From assembly GCA_051746325.1 (NCBI GenBank), contig JBNJEY010000001.1, forward strand, positions 1-47,437: a DNA stretch of 47,437 bases, read 5' to 3'. Positions 30,155 through 42,408 of the stretch are shown here, piece by piece (the first letter of the stretch is position 1; each line of letters begins with the position of its first letter). A model generated the notes under the pieces. That model was not told the DNA's origin. It made no database searches and saw only the letters and a program-made list of their open reading frames with translations. This DNA is from Pseudomonadota bacterium. Its GTDB lineage: Bacteria; Pseudomonadota; Gammaproteobacteria; Thiomicrospirales; Thiomicrospiraceae. The translations under genes and the position numbers were made by a program.

Positions 30155-32257
30155 GTGGCACGTACAACCCCTTTAAATCAATACCGTAATATCGGTATTA
30201 TGGCGCACATCGATGCGGGTAAGACAACAACAACTGAACGTATTTTGTACTATACAGGTGTTTCTCATAAAATTGGTGAGGTACATGATGGTGGTGCAAC
30301 GATGGATTGGATGGAACAAGAGCAAGAGCGTGGAATCACAATCACATCTGCTGCAACGACTTGTCACTGGAGCGGGATGGCTAAGCAGTATCCAAAGCAC
30401 CGTATCAATATTATTGATACTCCAGGTCACGTTGATTTCACAATCGAAGTAGAGCGTTCATTGCGTGTATTAGATGGTGCGGTAACATGTTTCTGTTCAG
30501 TAAGTGGTGTTGAGCCTCAGTCTGAAACTGTATGGCGTCAAGCGGATAAGTATGGCGTGCCACGTATGGGTTTCGTAAACAAGATGGATCGTGCTGGAGC
30601 TAATTTTCTTAATGTTAACCAGATGGTGATTGATCGTCTAGGCGCTCACCCTGTTCCAATGCAATTGCCTATCGGTGCTGAAGAGACTTTTCGCGGTGTG
30701 GTTGATTTAGTTAAAATGAAAGCTGTTTATTGGGAAGAAGAAAATATGGGTAGGGAGTTTCGATATGAAGAAATTCCGGCTGATATGGTCGACGAAGCCA
30801 ATGAATGGCGCGAAAAAATGATTGAAGCTGCTGCAGAAGCAACTGAAGAACTTATGGATAAGTATCTTGAGGGTGGAGAGTTAACAGAAGATGAGATTAA
30901 GATGGGTATCCGTCTTCGTTGTGTCTCGGTTGAAATCGTTCCAATGTTCTGTGGTTCTGCCTTTAAGAATAAAGGTGTTCAAACTCTGCTTGATGGTGTT
31001 ATTGACTATATGCCTTCTCCACTAGATGTTCCGCCTATTGCGGGAGAGTTGGAGAATGGAACGCCTTCGGTACGTAATCCATCAGATGATGAACCATTTT
31101 CTTCTTTGGCGTTTAAGATTATGACGGATCCATATGTTGGTACACTAACGTTCTTCCGTGTTTATTCAGGTTTCCTAGCAGCGGGTAGTCCTGTTTATAA
31201 CTCTACTAAAGAGAAGCGTGAGCGTGTCGGTCGTTTGTTGCAGATGCACTCAAACTCGCGTGAAGAGATTAAAGAAGTAAGAACGGGTGAAATCGCTTGT
31301 GCAGTAGGTCTTAAGGCTACAACAACAGGTGATACTCTGTGTGATCCAGATAACAAAATCGTACTTGAGCGTATGGAATTTCCTGATCCAGTTATCTCAA
31401 TCGCGATCGAGCCGAAAACTAAGCCTGATCAAGAGAAGATGGGTATTGCACTGCAAAAGCTTGCTGCGGAAGATCCTTCTTTCCGTGTGCATTCTGATGA
31501 AGAAACAGGTCAGACTATCATCTCTGGTATGGGTGAATTGCATCTCGATATCATTGTAGATCGTATGAAGCGTGAATTCGGCGTTGAAGCTAACGTTGGT
31601 GCACCTCAAGTTTCTTATCGTGAAACAATTACTAAAGAGGTTGAGGTTGATGGTAAGTTTGTACGTCAGTCTGGTGGACGTGGTCAGTATGGTCATGTTG
31701 TCTTTAAAATGAAGCCTCGTGAGCCTGGCGAAGGTTTTGAATTTATCAACAGTACTGTTGGTGGTTCGGTGCCTCGTGAATATGTCGGTGCTGTAGAGAA
31801 AGGTGCTAAAGCTCAGCTTGAGAATGGTGTGCTTGCAGGATTCCCTATGGTGGATGTAAGTGTCGAGTTAATCGATGGTTCATATCATGATGTTGATTCC
31901 AATGAAATGGCGTTCTCGGTTGCTGCGGGAATGGGTATTAAGAATGGTGTGGCAGCAGCGGATGCCGTTATTCTTGAGCCAATTATGGATGTAGAGGTTA
32001 CAACTCCTGAAGATTACATGGGTGATATTATCGGTGATTTGAATAGACGCCGTGGGCTCGTAACAAGTATGTCTGATATTCCTGCAGGTAAGTGCATTAA
32101 AGCTGAAGTTCCATTGTCTGAGATGTTTGGTTATTCAAACTCTATGCGTTCATTGACTCAGGGTCGTGCTAACTATAGTATGGCTTTTATGAAATACAAT
32201 CATGCACCTAAAAACATCCAAGATGAAATTATGACGAGTGCCAAAAAAGGTTCTTAA
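30155..32257 (+). CDS. fusA: Elongation factor G
   Basis: [17 protein letters not shown] and NKMD motifs; GTG start at 30155 with AAGG RBS. Confidence 0.99.
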   Translation: MARTTPLNQYRNIGIMAHIDAGKTTTTERILYYTGVSHKIGEVHDGGATMDWMEQEQERGITITSAATTCHWSGMAKQYPKHRINIIDTPGHVDFTIEVERSLRVLDGAVTCFCSVSGVEPQSETVWRQADKYGVPRMGFVNKMDRAGANFLNVNQMVIDRLGAHPVPMQLPIGAEETFRGVVDLVKMKAVYWEEENMGREFRYEEIPADMVDEANEWREKMIEAAAEATEELMDKYLEGGELTEDEIKMGIRLRCVSVEIVPMFCGSAFKNKGVQTLLDGVIDYMPSPLDVPPIAGELENGTPSVRNPSDDEPFSSLAFKIMTDPYVGTLTFFRVYSGFLAAGSPVYNSTKEKRERVGRLLQMHSNSREEIKEVRTGEIACAVGLKATTTGDTLCDPDNKIVLERMEFPDPVISIAIEPKTKPDQEKMGIALQKLAAEDPSFRVHSDEETGQTIISGMGELHLDIIVDRMKREFGVEANVGAPQVSYRETITKEVEVDGKFVRQSGGRGQYGHVVFKMKPREPGEGFEFINSTVGGSVPREYVGAVEKGAKAQLENGVLAGFPMVDVSVELIDGSYHDVDSNEMAFSVAAGMGIKNGVAAADAVILEPIMDVEVTTPEDYMGDIIGDLNRRRGLVTSMSDIPAGKCIKAEVPLSEMFGYSNSMRSLTQGRANYSMAFMKYNHAPKNIQDEIMTSAKKGS

Positions 32258-32319
32258 TCAATTTAATTATTTAGGCCTCGTTTTGTAGCGAGGTCCTTGC
32301 TTAATATAGGTATTTTAAA

Positions 32320-33510
32320 ATGGCAAAAGCTAAGTTTTCACGTGATAAACTTCACGTAAACGTTGGTACTATTGGTCACGTCGATCACGGTAAGACAACT
32401 CTTACAGCAGCACTGACAATTGTACAAGGTAGAAAGTACGGTGGAGATGTTAAAGATTTCGCATCTATCGATAACGCACCAGAAGAAAGAGCGCGTGGTA
32501 TTACTATCTCGACTTCTCACGTTGAGTATGAGTCTGAGACTCGTCACTATGCACACGTAGATTGCCCAGGTCACGCCGATTATGTTAAAAACATGATTAC
32601 AGGTGCCGCACAGATGGATGGCGCAATCCTAGTCTGTTCAGCTGCTGACGGCCCAATGCCTCAGACACGTGAGCACATTCTACTTTCACGTCAGGTCGGT
32701 GTTCCATATATCGTTGTTTTCCTAAACAAAGCCGATATGGTTGATGATGAAGAGTTACTAGAGCTAGTTGAGATGGAAGTTCGCGAACTTCTTGATATGT
32801 ACGAATTCCCAGGTGACGACACTCCAGTCATTATCGGTTCAGCGACATTGGCCATTGCTGATGACCAGTCTGAAATCGGTGCACCTTCAGTAGAGCGTTT
32901 AGTCGATGCTTTAGATTCATATATTCCAGATCCAGTTCGTGAGACGGACAAGCCATTCCTAATGCCAGTAGAAGATATCTTCTCAATTCAAGGTCGTGGA
33001 ACGGTAGCAACAGGACGTATCGAGTCGGGTGTTGTTAAAGTTGGTGAAGTGATTCAAATTATCGGTATCCGCCCAACCACTGAAACAACAGTGACTGGTG
33101 TAGAGATGTTCCGTAAGCTTCTTGATCAAGGTCAAGCTGGTGATAACGTTGGTATCCTTTTACGTGGTACTAAGCGTGAAGATATCGAGCGTGGTCAAGT
33201 ATTGGCACATAAAGGTACAATCACTCCGCACTCTAAGTTCGAGGCAGAGATCTATGTACTTTCCAAAGATGAAGGTGGACGTCATACTCCATTCTTCCAA
33301 GGTTACCGTCCACAGTTCTACTTCCGTACAACGGATGTGACTGGCGCGTGTACCTTGCCAGAAGGCACAGAGATGGTTATGCCAGGTGATAACGTACAAA
33401 TGACAGTAGAGTTAATTAATCCAATCGCAATGAATGACGGACTTCGTTTTGCCATTCGTGAAGGTGGACGTACTGTTGGTGCAGGTGTTGTAGCAAGAAT
33501 TCTTGACTAA
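32320..33510 (+). CDS. tuf: Elongation factor Tu (str-operon copy)
   Basis: Protein identical to the 15969-17159 copy. Confidence 0.99.
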   Translation: MAKAKFSRDKLHVNVGTIGHVDHGKTTLTAALTIVQGRKYGGDVKDFASIDNAPEERARGITISTSHVEYESETRHYAHVDCPGHADYVKNMITGAAQMDGAILVCSAADGPMPQTREHILLSRQVGVPYIVVFLNKADMVDDEELLELVEMEVRELLDMYEFPGDDTPVIIGSATLAIADDQSEIGAPSVERLVDALDSYIPDPVRETDKPFLMPVEDIFSIQGRGTVATGRIESGVVKVGEVIQIIGIRPTTETTVTGVEMFRKLLDQGQAGDNVGILLRGTKREDIERGQVLAHKGTITPHSKFEAEIYVLSKDEGGRHTPFFQGYRPQFYFRTTDVTGACTLPEGTEMVMPGDNVQMTVELINPIAMNDGLRFAIREGGRTVGAGVVARILD

Positions 33511-33526
33511 ATAACGCTTGTTTCAT

Positions 33527-33556
33527 AAAAAAGAGGGCTATATGCCCTCTTTTTTT
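33527..33556 (+). terminator. Intrinsic terminator of the str operon
   Basis: AAAAAAGAGGGC-tatat-GCCCTCTTTTTTT. Confidence 0.9.
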
Positions 33557-33573
33557 GTATCTATAATAAGGGG

Positions 33574-33602
33574 TTGTTTTAATTGGATTATGTTGCTATA
33601 AT
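33574..33602 (+). promoter_or_regulatory. Promoter of the S10 operon
   Basis: TTGTTT-17-TATAAT with TG extension and GC-rich discriminator CCGCCCCC. Confidence 0.75.
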
Positions 33603-33671
33603 CCGCCCCCTTAGTTCGCATGCATTGATTTTGCGTGCTTTTCTATTATGTAAATAAATGAGACCGAGATT

Positions 33672-33983
33672 ATGGCTACCCAGAATATTCGTATTCGCTT
33701 AAAAGCATTTGACCATCGTTTAATCGATCAGTCTGCTCGTGAAATTACTGAAACAGCAAAAAGAACGGGTGCACAAGTGCGTGGACCTATTCCGATGCCG
33801 ACTCGTAAAGAACGTTTCACGATCCTAGTCTCACCTCACGTCAATAAAGATGCTCGTGATCAGTATGAAATTCGTACTCACAAGCGTCTGCTAGATATTG
33901 TTGATCCAACAGAAAAGACTGTTGATGCATTGATGAAACTAGATTTGGCTGCTGGTGTAGATGTTCAATTAGAGTTACGTTAA
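33672..33983 (+). CDS. rpsJ: 30S ribosomal protein S10
   Basis: [10 protein letters not shown] and [13 protein letters not shown] motifs. Confidence 0.99.
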   Translation: MATQNIRIRLKAFDHRLIDQSAREITETAKRTGAQVRGPIPMPTRKERFTILVSPHVNKDARDQYEIRTHKRLLDIVDPTEKTVDALMKLDLAAGVDVQLELR

Positions 33984-34044
33984 TCGTGATTTAGCCGATC
34001 ATCAATCGTTATGATGGGCAATAAATAATAAATAAGGAAATGGT

Positions 34045-34683
34045 ATGAGTATTGGTATCATTGGTAAGAAAATCGGCATGACTCGTGTGTTTGATGAGAA
34101 TGGTGTATCTACTCCGGTAACGGTTGTAGAGGTTCAAGCGAACCGCATCACTCAAGTCAAAACGCTTGAAACTGACGGTTATTCTGCAATTCAAGTTACA
34201 ACTGGTTCTGTGCACGCTGGACGTGTTAACAAGCCAGCAGCTGGACAGTTTGCGAAAGCAGGTGTTGAAGCTGGAAGAGGTTTGTGGGAGTTTCGTGTTG
34301 ATTCAGCTACTGAAGCTGAAGGTTTAGAAGTAGGTTCAGAGCTTACTGTTGAACGTTTCAACGAAGTTCCTGTAGTAGATGTTACTGGGACAACCAAGGG
34401 TAAAGGTTTCCAGGGTGGTATTAAGCGTCATAACTTTACGATGCAAGATGCAACACACGGTAACTCTATTTCTCACCGTTCTAACGGTTCAATCGGGCAA
34501 AACCAAACTCCAGGTCGCGTTTTCAAAGGTAAGAAAATGTCTGGACATATGGGTGATGTTCGTCAAACAACACAGAACCTAGATTTAGTGAGAGTTGATG
34601 CAGAAAATAATCTGTTATTGATTAAGGGTGCAATCCCTGGCGCTAAAAATAGTACTGTTATTGTTCGTAAAGCTGTTAAGTAA
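34045..34683 (+). CDS. rplC: 50S ribosomal protein L3
   Basis: [14 protein letters not shown] and [18 protein letters not shown] motifs. Confidence 0.99.
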   Translation: MSIGIIGKKIGMTRVFDENGVSTPVTVVEVQANRITQVKTLETDGYSAIQVTTGSVHAGRVNKPAAGQFAKAGVEAGRGLWEFRVDSATEAEGLEVGSELTVERFNEVPVVDVTGTTKGKGFQGGIKRHNFTMQDATHGNSISHRSNGSIGQNQTPGRVFKGKKMSGHMGDVRQTTQNLDLVRVDAENNLLLIKGAIPGAKNSTVIVRKAVK

Positions 34684-34693
34684 GGTGGGCATT

Positions 34694-35314
34694 ATGGAAT
34701 TAAAATTAATCGAATTAGCAACGGGCAAAGAGAATGGAACAGTTTCCGTTTCTCCAGCTTTGTTTGGTACAGAATTCAATGAAGCACTTGTTCACCAAGT
34801 TGTAACTGCATATATGAGCGGCGGCCGTCAAGGTACTAAGGCTCAGAAAAACCGTGCAGCTGTCAGTGGTGGTGGTGCTAAGCCTTGGAATCAAAAAGGA
34901 ACTGGTCGAGCTCGTGCTGGTACTAGCCGTGGCCCTATTTGGGTTGGTGGTGGTCGTACGTTCCCAGGTCATAACCGTGATTTTTCACAGAAAGTGAACA
35001 AAAAGATGTATCGCGGTGCGATGAAATCTATTGTTGCTGAGTTAAATCGCTCTGGACGTCTTATTGTTGTCGATGACTTCAAGGTAGACGCGCCTAAGAC
35101 AAAAGAATTTAAAGCTAAGTTAGCACAGTTAAACGTGACGGACGCTTTGGTTATCACTGAAGGTTTTGATGAGTATTTATATTTGTCAGTTCGTAATCTT
35201 TATAGCGCTGATGTTTGTGATGTTGCTTCAATTGATCCAGTTAGTTTAATTGGTTTCAAGAATGTTGTAATGACTCAAGGTGCTGTTAAACAACTAGAGG
35301 AGCAATTAGCATGA
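34694..35314 (+). CDS. rplD: 50S ribosomal protein L4
   Basis: [14 protein letters not shown] motif; ATG 34694 after AAGGTG RBS. Confidence 0.99.
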   Translation: MELKLIELATGKENGTVSVSPALFGTEFNEALVHQVVTAYMSGGRQGTKAQKNRAAVSGGGAKPWNQKGTGRARAGTSRGPIWVGGGRTFPGHNRDFSQKVNKKMYRGAMKSIVAELNRSGRLIVVDDFKVDAPKTKEFKAKLAQLNVTDALVITEGFDEYLYLSVRNLYSADVCDVASIDPVSLIGFKNVVMTQGAVKQLEEQLA

Positions 35315-35607
35315 ATCAAGAAAGAATTCTAAAGGTTTTGCTAGCTCCGCATATCTCCGAGAAAGCTGCAACCCTTGCAGACACTCGTGAGCAGTATGTG
35401 TTTAAAGTTGAGCCAACAGCAACGAAAACTGAAGTCAAGCAGGCAGTTGAGTCTTTATTTGATGTAAAGGTTCAGTCTGTTAACATGATCAACATTAAAG
35501 GTAAGCGTAAAATCTTTAAAGGTCGTCAAGGTCAACGTAACGGTATCCGTAAGGCAATCGTGCGTTTGGCAGCTGGCCAAGAAATCGATTTTTCGGCTGC
35601 TGAGTAA
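35311..35607 (+). CDS. rplW: 50S ribosomal protein L23
   Basis: PHISEKA, YVFKV and RKAIVRL motifs; operon position. Confidence 0.98.
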   Translation: MNQERILKVLLAPHISEKAATLADTREQYVFKVEPTATKTEVKQAVESLFDVKVQSVNMINIKGKRKIFKGRQGQRNGIRKAIVRLAAGQEIDFSAAE

Positions 35608-35618
35608 GGAGTTACAAC

Positions 35619-36449
35619 ATGGCAATTATTAAAAAGTCTAAACCGACTTCTCCAGGTCGTCGTTTTATGGTTCATATTCTTGAGCCGACATTGCATAAAG
35701 GTAAGCCTCACGCAGCGTTACTAGAGAAGAAATCAAAGTCTGGTGGTCGTAATAACAACGGTCGTATCACTGTTCGTCATCACGGTGGCGGACACAAGCA
35801 GCATTACCGTATGGTTGATTTTAAGCGTACTAAGGTAGGCGTTCCTGCAACTGTTGAGCACCTTGAGTATGATCCTAACCGTTCAGCACATATTGCATTG
35901 CTTAAGCATGCAGATGGGGAATGGTCTTATATTATTGCTCCTAGATATTTGGCAGCGGGTGATCTTGTTGAGACAGGTGATCACGTTGCGATTAAGCCAG
36001 GCAACTGCTTACCGCTTAGAAATATTCCTATAGGTACTGTTGTCCATAACGTAGAAATGCGTCCTGGAAAAGGTGCGCAAATTGCACGTAGTGCCGGTGT
36101 ATCTGCCTCTCTCGCTGGTAAGGATGGTGCTTACGTTTTACTTAGACTTCGTTCAGGTGAAATGCGTAAAATCCTTGCAGAGTGTAAGGCGACTATCGGT
36201 GCAGTTGGTAATGCTGAGCATAGCCTTCGTAAGCTAGGTAAGGCTGGTGCTTCGCGCTGGCGTGGTGTTCGTCCTACCGTTCGTGGTGTGGCAATGAACC
36301 CTGTTGATCACCCGCATGGTGGTGGTGAAGGTCGTACTTCTGGTGGGCGTAACCCATGTACTCCATGGGGTGTTCCTACTAAAGGTAAGAAGACTCGTAG
36401 CAATAAGCGTACTGATGGAATGATCGTACGTCGTCGTAACAAAAAATAA
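35619..36449 (+). CDS. rplB: 50S ribosomal protein L2
   Basis: EYDPNRSA and [17 protein letters not shown] motifs. Confidence 0.99.
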   Translation: MAIIKKSKPTSPGRRFMVHILEPTLHKGKPHAALLEKKSKSGGRNNNGRITVRHHGGGHKQHYRMVDFKRTKVGVPATVEHLEYDPNRSAHIALLKHADGEWSYIIAPRYLAAGDLVETGDHVAIKPGNCLPLRNIPIGTVVHNVEMRPGKGAQIARSAGVSASLAGKDGAYVLLRLRSGEMRKILAECKATIGAVGNAEHSLRKLGKAGASRWRGVRPTVRGVAMNPVDHPHGGGEGRTSGGRNPCTPWGVPTKGKKTRSNKRTDGMIVRRRNKK

Positions 36450-36461
36450 GGAAGGACACTG

Positions 36462-36737
36462 ATGCCACGTTCAGTTAAAAAAGGACCTTTTGTTGATCAT
36501 CACTTGTATAAGAAAGTGATCGAGGCGCAAGAATCTGGTAATAAACGTCCCATTAAAACTTGGTCAAGAAGATCTATGATTCTTCCTGATATGATTGGTC
36601 TTACAATCGCAGTTCACAATGGTAAAGAGCATATTCCAGTTTTCGTATCTGAAAACATGGTTGGTCATAAATTTGGCGAGTTTTCATTAACTCGTACTTA
36701 CCGTGGTCATTCCGCGGATAAGAAATCTAAGCGATAA
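36462..36737 (+). CDS. rpsS: 30S ribosomal protein S19
   Basis: [16 protein letters not shown] and GHKFGEF motifs. Confidence 0.99.
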   Translation: MPRSVKKGPFVDHHLYKKVIEAQESGNKRPIKTWSRRSMILPDMIGLTIAVHNGKEHIPVFVSENMVGHKFGEFSLTRTYRGHSADKKSKR

Positions 36738-36749
36738 TAGGAGAATAAC

Positions 36750-37082
36750 ATGCAAGTTAGTGCAACTCATAAGTTTGCCCGCATTTCTCCTCAGAAAGCG
36801 CGCTTAGTCGTTGATCAGATCCGTGGTAAAGATATTGAAACTGCTATCAACATCCTGTCGTTCAGCGACAAGAAAGCAGCTGATTTAATCAAAGCGGTTT
36901 TAAATTCAGCCATCGCCAACGCCGAAAATAATGAAGGCGCTGATATTGATGAATTAGTAGTTACTGCAGCATCTGTTGATGCGGGCCCTATCATGAAGCG
37001 CATGCGCGCTCGTGCTAAGGGTCGTGGTAACCGTATTTTAAAACGTATCAGTCACATTACTGTTACAGTTGGCGAAAAGTAA
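36750..37082 (+). CDS. rplV: 50S ribosomal protein L22
   Basis: [14 protein letters not shown] and SHITV motifs. Confidence 0.99.
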   Translation: MQVSATHKFARISPQKARLVVDQIRGKDIETAINILSFSDKKAADLIKAVLNSAIANAENNEGADIDELVVTAASVDAGPIMKRMRARAKGRGNRILKRISHITVTVGEK

Positions 37083-37093
37083 GGAGAATCAGA

Positions 37094-37774
37094 ATGGGTC
37101 AAAAAGTACATCCTATTGGCATTCGTCTTGGAATTAGTAAAGATTGGAATGCACGTTGGTACGCGGATAGTAAAAACTTTTCTGATTTTCTTGTCAGTGA
37201 TGTTGAAATTCGCAAAGAACTACACAGTAAGCTTGGTCATGCTTCTATCAGTAAAATTCACATTGAGCGTGTAGCAAATGGAGTTCGTGTAACGATCCAT
37301 ACTGCTCGTCCAGGTGTTGTTATTGGTAAGAAGGGTGAGGATATTGAGAAGCTAAAGCAGTCTTTGTCTAAAATGACGGGTATGCAAGTTAGTCTTAATG
37401 TTGAAGAAATTAAAACGCCAGAGTTGGACTCTAAGCTTGTTGCAGAGGGCATTGCCCAGCAACTAGAGAAGCGTATCCAATTTCGACGTGCAATGAAGCG
37501 TGCCGTAGGTAATGCGATGCGCCTAGGCGCTCAAGGAATCAAGGTTGCGGTTTCTGGTCGTTTAAATGGTACCGATATTGCACGTGGCGAGTGGTATAGA
37601 GAAGGTCGTGTACCTCTTCATACCTTTCGTGCTGATATTGATTATTCAACCTTCGAAGCAAATACAACTTATGGCAAGATTGGCGTAAAAGTATGGATCT
37701 TCAAGGGCGAGAAACTTGGTAAATTATCATTAACAGATAATGCACCATCTAAGGGCAAGAAAGGCCGTAACTAA
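37094..37774 (+). CDS. rpsC: 30S ribosomal protein S3
   Basis: [17 protein letters not shown] and [13 protein letters not shown] motifs. Confidence 0.99.
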   Translation: MGQKVHPIGIRLGISKDWNARWYADSKNFSDFLVSDVEIRKELHSKLGHASISKIHIERVANGVRVTIHTARPGVVIGKKGEDIEKLKQSLSKMTGMQVSLNVEEIKTPELDSKLVAEGIAQQLEKRIQFRRAMKRAVGNAMRLGAQGIKVAVSGRLNGTDIARGEWYREGRVPLHTFRADIDYSTFEANTTYGKIGVKVWIFKGEKLGKLSLTDNAPSKGKKGRN

Positions 37775-37788
37775 AAGGATAACTAACT

Positions 37789-38202
37789 ATGTTAATGCCT
37801 AAACGTACTAAATTTAGAAAAGTACACAAAGGACGTAACCGTGGTTTGGCGCAAGTCGGAAACAAAGTTAGCTTCGGTGATTTCGGTCTTAAAGCCTTAG
37901 AGCGCGGAAGAATGACTTCACGTCAGATCGAAGCTGGTCGTCGTGTTATGACTCGTCACGTAAAGCGTGGTGCAAAAATTTGGATTCGAGTATTCCCGGA
38001 TAAGCCGATTACTAATAAACCTCTTGAGGTTCGTATGGGTAAAGGTAAGGGGAGTGTTGAGTATTGGGTAGCCCAGATTCAGCCTGGTCGTGTTTTATAC
38101 GAGATTCAGGGTGTTGATGAGAAGCTTGCTAAAGAAGCGTTCGCGCTTGCTGCCGCTAAGCTACCTTTTAAAACACAAGTTGTAACGAAAACGGTGATGT
38201 AA
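37789..38202 (+). CDS. rplP: 50S ribosomal protein L16
   Basis: PKRTKFRK and EVRMGKGKG motifs. Confidence 0.99.
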   Translation: MLMPKRTKFRKVHKGRNRGLAQVGNKVSFGDFGLKALERGRMTSRQIEAGRRVMTRHVKRGAKIWIRVFPDKPITNKPLEVRMGKGKGSVEYWVAQIQPGRVLYEIQGVDEKLAKEAFALAAAKLPFKTQVVTKTVM

Positions 38203-38394
38203 ATGACTGCTAAAGAATTAAATGAAAAGCCAGTTGATGAGCTAAGAACAGAATTGCTTAATTTATTAAAAGAGCAATTCAATCTAAGAATGCAAAATGC
38301 AACTAGTCAGTTATCTAACTCTTCTCAATTGAAAAAAGTACGTCGTTCAATTGCCAGAGTTAAAACCATCATTCGTCAAAAAGTGAGTGTATAA
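38203..38394 (+). CDS. rpmC: 50S ribosomal protein L29
   Basis: EQFNLRMQ and [10 protein letters not shown] motifs. Confidence 0.98.
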   Translation: MTAKELNEKPVDELRTELLNLLKEQFNLRMQNATSQLSNSSQLKKVRRSIARVKTIIRQKVSV

Positions 38395-38396
38395 AG

Positions 38397-38660
38397 ATGA
38401 CTGGTCAAGAAAAGAAAGCTCGTACAATGCAAGGTGTTGTTGCTAGTAACGGTATGCAAGATTCAATCGTTGTTAATACTTCACGCTACGTTAAGCATGC
38501 TAAGTACAAAAAATTTATTAGAAAATCTACTAAAGTTATGGCTCATGATGCTGAAAACATTTGTGGTGTTGGCGATACAGTCACCATTCAGGAATGTAGA
38601 CCTTTGTCAAAAAGCAAATCTTGGACATTAGTAAGTATTGATAGTAAAGCTAAGATTTAA
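38397..38660 (+). CDS. rpsQ: 30S ribosomal protein S17
   Basis: [19 protein letters not shown]. Confidence 0.98.
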   Translation: MTGQEKKARTMQGVVASNGMQDSIVVNTSRYVKHAKYKKFIRKSTKVMAHDAENICGVGDTVTIQECRPLSKSKSWTLVSIDSKAKI

Positions 38661-38666
38661 CTTTTA

Positions 38667-38695
38667 TAGCATTCCGGGAGTTGTTCTGTTATAAT
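38667..38695 (+). promoter_or_regulatory. Putative promoter of the spc operon
   Basis: TAGCAT-17-TATAAT with TG extension. Confidence 0.55.
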
Positions 38696-38708
38696 TCCCG
38701 AAATGAAT

Positions 38709-38768
38709 AAAGCCACTCTAAAGAGTCAGCCTGATTTGTTTCAGGAACTACTCTTTTAGGTGGTTTTT
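38709..38768 (+). other. Long hairpin with T-run between rpsQ and rplN
   Basis: AAAGCCAC/GTGGTTTT, AAAGAGT/ACTCTTT and CCTGA/TCAGG nested stems. Confidence 0.6.
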
Positions 38769-38810
38769 GTGCTGTAAGTAATTTTTATTTTTTATGGATG
38801 GAGTACCACC

Positions 38811-39179
38811 ATGATTCAGATGCAAACAGTGCTTGATGTTGCTGATAACAGCGGAGCACGACGCGTCCAATGCATTAAAGTGTTAGGCGGATCAAAACGT
38901 CGTTACGCTAGTGTTGGTGACGTTATTAAAGTGAGTGTTAAAGAAGCAGCACCTCGCGGAAAAGTGAAGAAAGGTGATGTCTATAATGCTGTAGTAGTTC
39001 GTACTGCTAAAGGTGTTAGACGTCCTGACGGCTCTTTGATTAAGTTTGATGGCAATGCTGCTGTTATGCTTAATGCTAAGTTAGAGCCTGTTGGAACACG
39101 TATCTTCGGACCTGTAACTCGCGAGCTGCGTAATGAAAGATTTATGAAAATTGTTTCATTAGCTCCTGAAGTACTATAA
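38811..39179 (+). CDS. rplN: 50S ribosomal protein L14
   Basis: VADNSGA and [10 protein letters not shown] motifs. Confidence 0.99.
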   Translation: MIQMQTVLDVADNSGARRVQCIKVLGGSKRRYASVGDVIKVSVKEAAPRGKVKKGDVYNAVVVRTAKGVRRPDGSLIKFDGNAAVMLNAKLEPVGTRIFGPVTRELRNERFMKIVSLAPEVL

Positions 39180-39189
39180 GGAAGAAGGT

Positions 39190-39504
39190 ATGAATCGTTT
39201 AAAGAAAGGTGATGAAGTTATCGTAACTACTGGTAAGGACAAAGGGAAAAGAGGTTCTATTTCTGTTGTCCAGACTAACGGTAAGGTTCTAGTTGATGGT
39301 ATTAATTTAGTTAAGAAACACACTAAGGGTGACCCTCAGACGGGTGCTCAAGGTGGGATTCTTTCAAAAGAGATGCCTATTGATGCCTCAAATGTGGCTT
39401 TGGTAAATCCTGAGACTAATAAGGCTGGTAAAGTCGGTATTAAAGTTGAAGGGGATTCTAAAATCCGCTTTTTTAAATCTACTGGTAAAGCGATCGACGC
39501 TTAA
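39190..39504 (+). CDS. rplX: 50S ribosomal protein L24
   Basis: KKGDEVIVTTGKDKGKRG KOW motif. Confidence 0.99.
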   Translation: MNRLKKGDEVIVTTGKDKGKRGSISVVQTNGKVLVDGINLVKKHTKGDPQTGAQGGILSKEMPIDASNVALVNPETNKAGKVGIKVEGDSKIRFFKSTGKAIDA

Positions 39505-39517
39505 TATAGGGTAGAAA

Positions 39518-40057
39518 ATGGCAAGTTTACAGAAAGTATATCAAGACCAAGTTATTACTAATTTAGTAGAGAAATTTGGTTATAAGTCTCCAATGCAAGC
39601 ACCTAAGTTGATTAAAATTACAATCAATATGGGTGTTGGTGAAGCAATTGGCGATAAGAAGGTCCTAGATCACGCAGTCTCTGATATGGAAGCAATTTCA
39701 GGTCAGAAAGCAGTTAAAACATTGGCACGTAAATCTGTCGCTAGTTTTAAAGTTCGTGATGGTTATCCGTTAGGTTGCAAAGTAACTTTACGTGGTGCCA
39801 AGATGTATGAATTTCTCGATCGTCTAATCAATATCTCACTGCCTCGTGTAAGAGATTTTCGTGGTGTTAACCCGAAAGCATTTGATGGTCGTGGAAACTA
39901 CAACCTAGGTATTAAAGAGCAAATTATTTTCCCTGAAATCGAATTTGATAAGATTGACAAGATCCGCGGTATGGATATTAACATTGTCACGACTGCAAAT
40001 ACGAATGATGAGGCGAAAGCTCTTTTAGAAGCCTTTAATTTTCCATTCACGAAATAG
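39518..40057 (+). CDS. rplE: 50S ribosomal protein L5
   Basis: [15 protein letters not shown] and FDGRGNY motifs. Confidence 0.99.
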   Translation: MASLQKVYQDQVITNLVEKFGYKSPMQAPKLIKITINMGVGEAIGDKKVLDHAVSDMEAISGQKAVKTLARKSVASFKVRDGYPLGCKVTLRGAKMYEFLDRLINISLPRVRDFRGVNPKAFDGRGNYNLGIKEQIIFPEIEFDKIDKIRGMDINIVTTANTNDEAKALLEAFNFPFTK

Positions 40058-40067
40058 GGGTTCACTG

Positions 40068-40373
40068 ATGGCTAAGCAATCAATGATTGAACGTGAAAAA
40101 AAGCGTGCAAAGATGGTAGCAAAATTTGCTACTAAACGTGATGCGTTAAAAACAGCATCAGTAGACATGGCACTTAGTTTTGAAGAGCGTATGGAAGCAA
40201 TGGATAAGCTATCAGCTCTTCCTCGTAATGCTTCGCCAGTTCGTCAGCGTAATCGTTGTCGTATGACTGGACGCCCTCACGGTGTTTATAAAAAGTTTGG
40301 TTTATCACGTAACATGCTAAGAGAATTAGCAATGCAAGGTGATATACCTGGTTTAAGAAAAGCTAGTTGGTAA
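40068..40373 (+). CDS. rpsN: 30S ribosomal protein S14 (101-aa, non-zinc type)
   Basis: [12 protein letters not shown] and PGLRKASW motifs. Confidence 0.99.
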   Translation: MAKQSMIEREKKRAKMVAKFATKRDALKTASVDMALSFEERMEAMDKLSALPRNASPVRQRNRCRMTGRPHGVYKKFGLSRNMLRELAMQGDIPGLRKASW

Positions 40374-40385
40374 GGATAATTATCT

Positions 40386-40787
40386 ATGAGTATGTCTGAT
40401 CCAGTTGCTGATATGTTGACACGAATTCGTAACGGCCAAATGGCTGGTCACGTAAAAGTAAATATGCCTTCTTCAAAGCTTAAAGTAGCATTAGCTAAAG
40501 TTTTGACTGCAGAAGGTTATATTTCAACATTCAGTATTAAAGAAGATGAAGGGAAAGGGAAGGCTGAATTATCAGTTGACCTAAAGTATTTTGATGGGAA
40601 CCCTGTTATTGATATGATTAAACGTGTTAGCCGTCCAGGTTTACGTGTTTATAAAAACAAAGACGAGTTACCTAATGTAATTGGTGGTCTTGGTATCGCT
40701 GTAATTTCAACGTCTAAAGGTATTATGACTGACCGTGACGCTCGCCAAGCGGGTGTTGGTGGCGAAGTTATTTGCTACGTAGCATAA
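40386..40787 (+). CDS. rpsH: 30S ribosomal protein S8
   Basis: [20 protein letters not shown] and STSKG motifs. Confidence 0.99.
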   Translation: MSMSDPVADMLTRIRNGQMAGHVKVNMPSSKLKVALAKVLTAEGYISTFSIKEDEGKGKAELSVDLKYFDGNPVIDMIKRVSRPGLRVYKNKDELPNVIGGLGIAVISTSKGIMTDRDARQAGVGGEVICYVA

Positions 40788-40797
40788 GGAATATATT

Positions 40798-41331
40798 ATG
40801 TCTAGAATTGCAAAAGCTGCTGTTGTAGTCCCTGCAAATGTAGAAGTTACATTTGATGGTACAGAAGTAACGGTAAAAGGCGCTAAGGCTTCATTGACTA
40901 AAAAGTTTAATGCAGCCGTCGCGTTTAAGTCTGAAGACGGTCAAGTAAGTTGTTCACCTGTCAACGATACTTCAAACGGTTGGGCTCAAGCTGGTACAGC
41001 TCGTTCGATCATTAACAGTATGGTTGTTGGTGTTACAGATGGTTTTGAGAAGAAGCTACAGTTGGTTGGTGTTGGTTACCGTGCAAAAGCTGAGGGCAAT
41101 GTTTTAGATTTGACTCTTGGTTTTTCGCACCCGGTGAAGCATGCTATACCGGCTGGCATCACTATTGAAACCCCGTCACAAACAGAAATCGTTGTAAAAG
41201 GCGCGGACAAGCAAGTTGTTGGACAAGTTGCTGCTGAGATTCGTGCATACCGCCCACCTGAACCTTATAAAGGTAAGGGTGTTAAGTATGCTGATGAGCG
41301 TATTTTACGTAAAGAAGCTAAGAAGAAATAA
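40798..41331 (+). CDS. rplF: 50S ribosomal protein L6
   Basis: GVGYRA, LGFSHPV and PEPYKGKG motifs. Confidence 0.99.
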   Translation: MSRIAKAAVVVPANVEVTFDGTEVTVKGAKASLTKKFNAAVAFKSEDGQVSCSPVNDTSNGWAQAGTARSIINSMVVGVTDGFEKKLQLVGVGYRAKAEGNVLDLTLGFSHPVKHAIPAGITIETPSQTEIVVKGADKQVVGQVAAEIRAYRPPEPYKGKGVKYADERILRKEAKKK

Positions 41332-41345
41332 AGCTGGAAGTTGAT

Positions 41346-41699
41346 ATGAATAAGAAAACAGCCCGTCTTCGTAGAGCTAAGAAAACTCGTGCCAAAATTA
41401 TTGAGCTACAAGTGCCAAGATTGTGCGTTCATCGTACATCTCAGCACATATACGCTCAGCTGATCTCAGCTAATGGCACCGAAGTTATTGCTTCATGCTC
41501 TACCGTTCAAGCGGACGTTAAGAAAGAAATCAGCAACACTGGTAACAAAGATGCTGCTAAAGCTGTTGGTAAATCAATCGCTGAAAAAGCAAAGACAGCT
41601 GGTGTAACAACTGTTGCTTTTGATCGTTCAGGGTTTAAATACCACGGCCGTATCCAAGAATTAGCAGACTCAGCCCGTGCAAGCGGTCTTGAATTTTAA
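41346..41699 (+). CDS. rplR: 50S ribosomal protein L18
   Basis: HIYAQ and [11 protein letters not shown] motifs. Confidence 0.99.
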   Translation: MNKKTARLRRAKKTRAKIIELQVPRLCVHRTSQHIYAQLISANGTEVIASCSTVQADVKKEISNTGNKDAAKAVGKSIAEKAKTAGVTTVAFDRSGFKYHGRIQELADSARASGLEF

Positions 41700-41713
41700 A
41701 GGAAGGATAAAAT

Positions 41714-42217
41714 ATGTCTTCACGTGAATTACAAGACGATGGAATGATTGAAAAGTTAGTAGACATTCGTCGTGTTGCCAAGGTTGTAAAAGGTGGACGT
41801 GTATTTAGTTTTTCAGCACTAGCAGTCGTTGGTGATGGTGATGGTCAGGTCGGGTTCGGTAGCGGTAAAGCTGCTGAGGTTCCTATCGCGATCAAAAAAG
41901 CCATGGAAAAAGCTCGTCGTAACATGAAAGATATCCATCTTAATGATGGAACTATCCAATACCCAATCAACTTCAAGCAAGGTGCTGTTAACATTGTTAT
42001 GCTCCCTGCGTCTGAAGGTACTGGTGTTATTGCTGGTGGTGCTATGCGTGCAGTATTAGAAGCTGCAGGTGTTAAAAACGTACTTTCAAAATGTATCGGC
42101 ACTACACGCCCTGTAAACGTTGTACGTTCAACTGTTAATGCTTTAGTTAGTATTTCTAGTCCTGAACATGCTGCAGCTAAACGCGGTAAAACAGTCGGTC
42201 AAATTTTAGGTGAGTAA
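41714..42217 (+). CDS. rpsE: 30S ribosomal protein S5
   Basis: [10 protein letters not shown] and GTGVIAGG motifs. Confidence 0.99.
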   Translation: MSSRELQDDGMIEKLVDIRRVAKVVKGGRVFSFSALAVVGDGDGQVGFGSGKAAEVPIAIKKAMEKARRNMKDIHLNDGTIQYPINFKQGAVNIVMLPASEGTGVIAGGAMRAVLEAAGVKNVLSKCIGTTRPVNVVRSTVNALVSISSPEHAAAKRGKTVGQILGE

Positions 42218-42218
42218 T

Positions 42219-42407
42219 ATGTCAGATAAAAAATATGTCACAGTGACATTGGTAAAAAGCACCATTGGTCGTTTACCAAATCACAGAGCATGTGTGTCTG
42301 GGCTTGGTCTAAGAAGGATGCACCAAACGGTTAGCGTTATTGATACTCCAGAAAATCGTGGAATGATTAATAAGGTTCACTATTTGCTAAAGGTAGAGGA
42401 AGCTTAA
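42219..42407 (+). CDS. rpmD: 50S ribosomal protein L30
   Basis: [14 protein letters not shown] and RGMINKV motifs. Confidence 0.98.
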   Translation: MSDKKYVTVTLVKSTIGRLPNHRACVSGLGLRRMHQTVSVIDTPENRGMINKVHYLLKVEEA

Positions 42408-42408
42408 A

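Noticed and set aside
40068-40373. Zinc-free S14 as a special adaptation
   Set aside because: The 101-aa C- form is the normal proteobacterial S14
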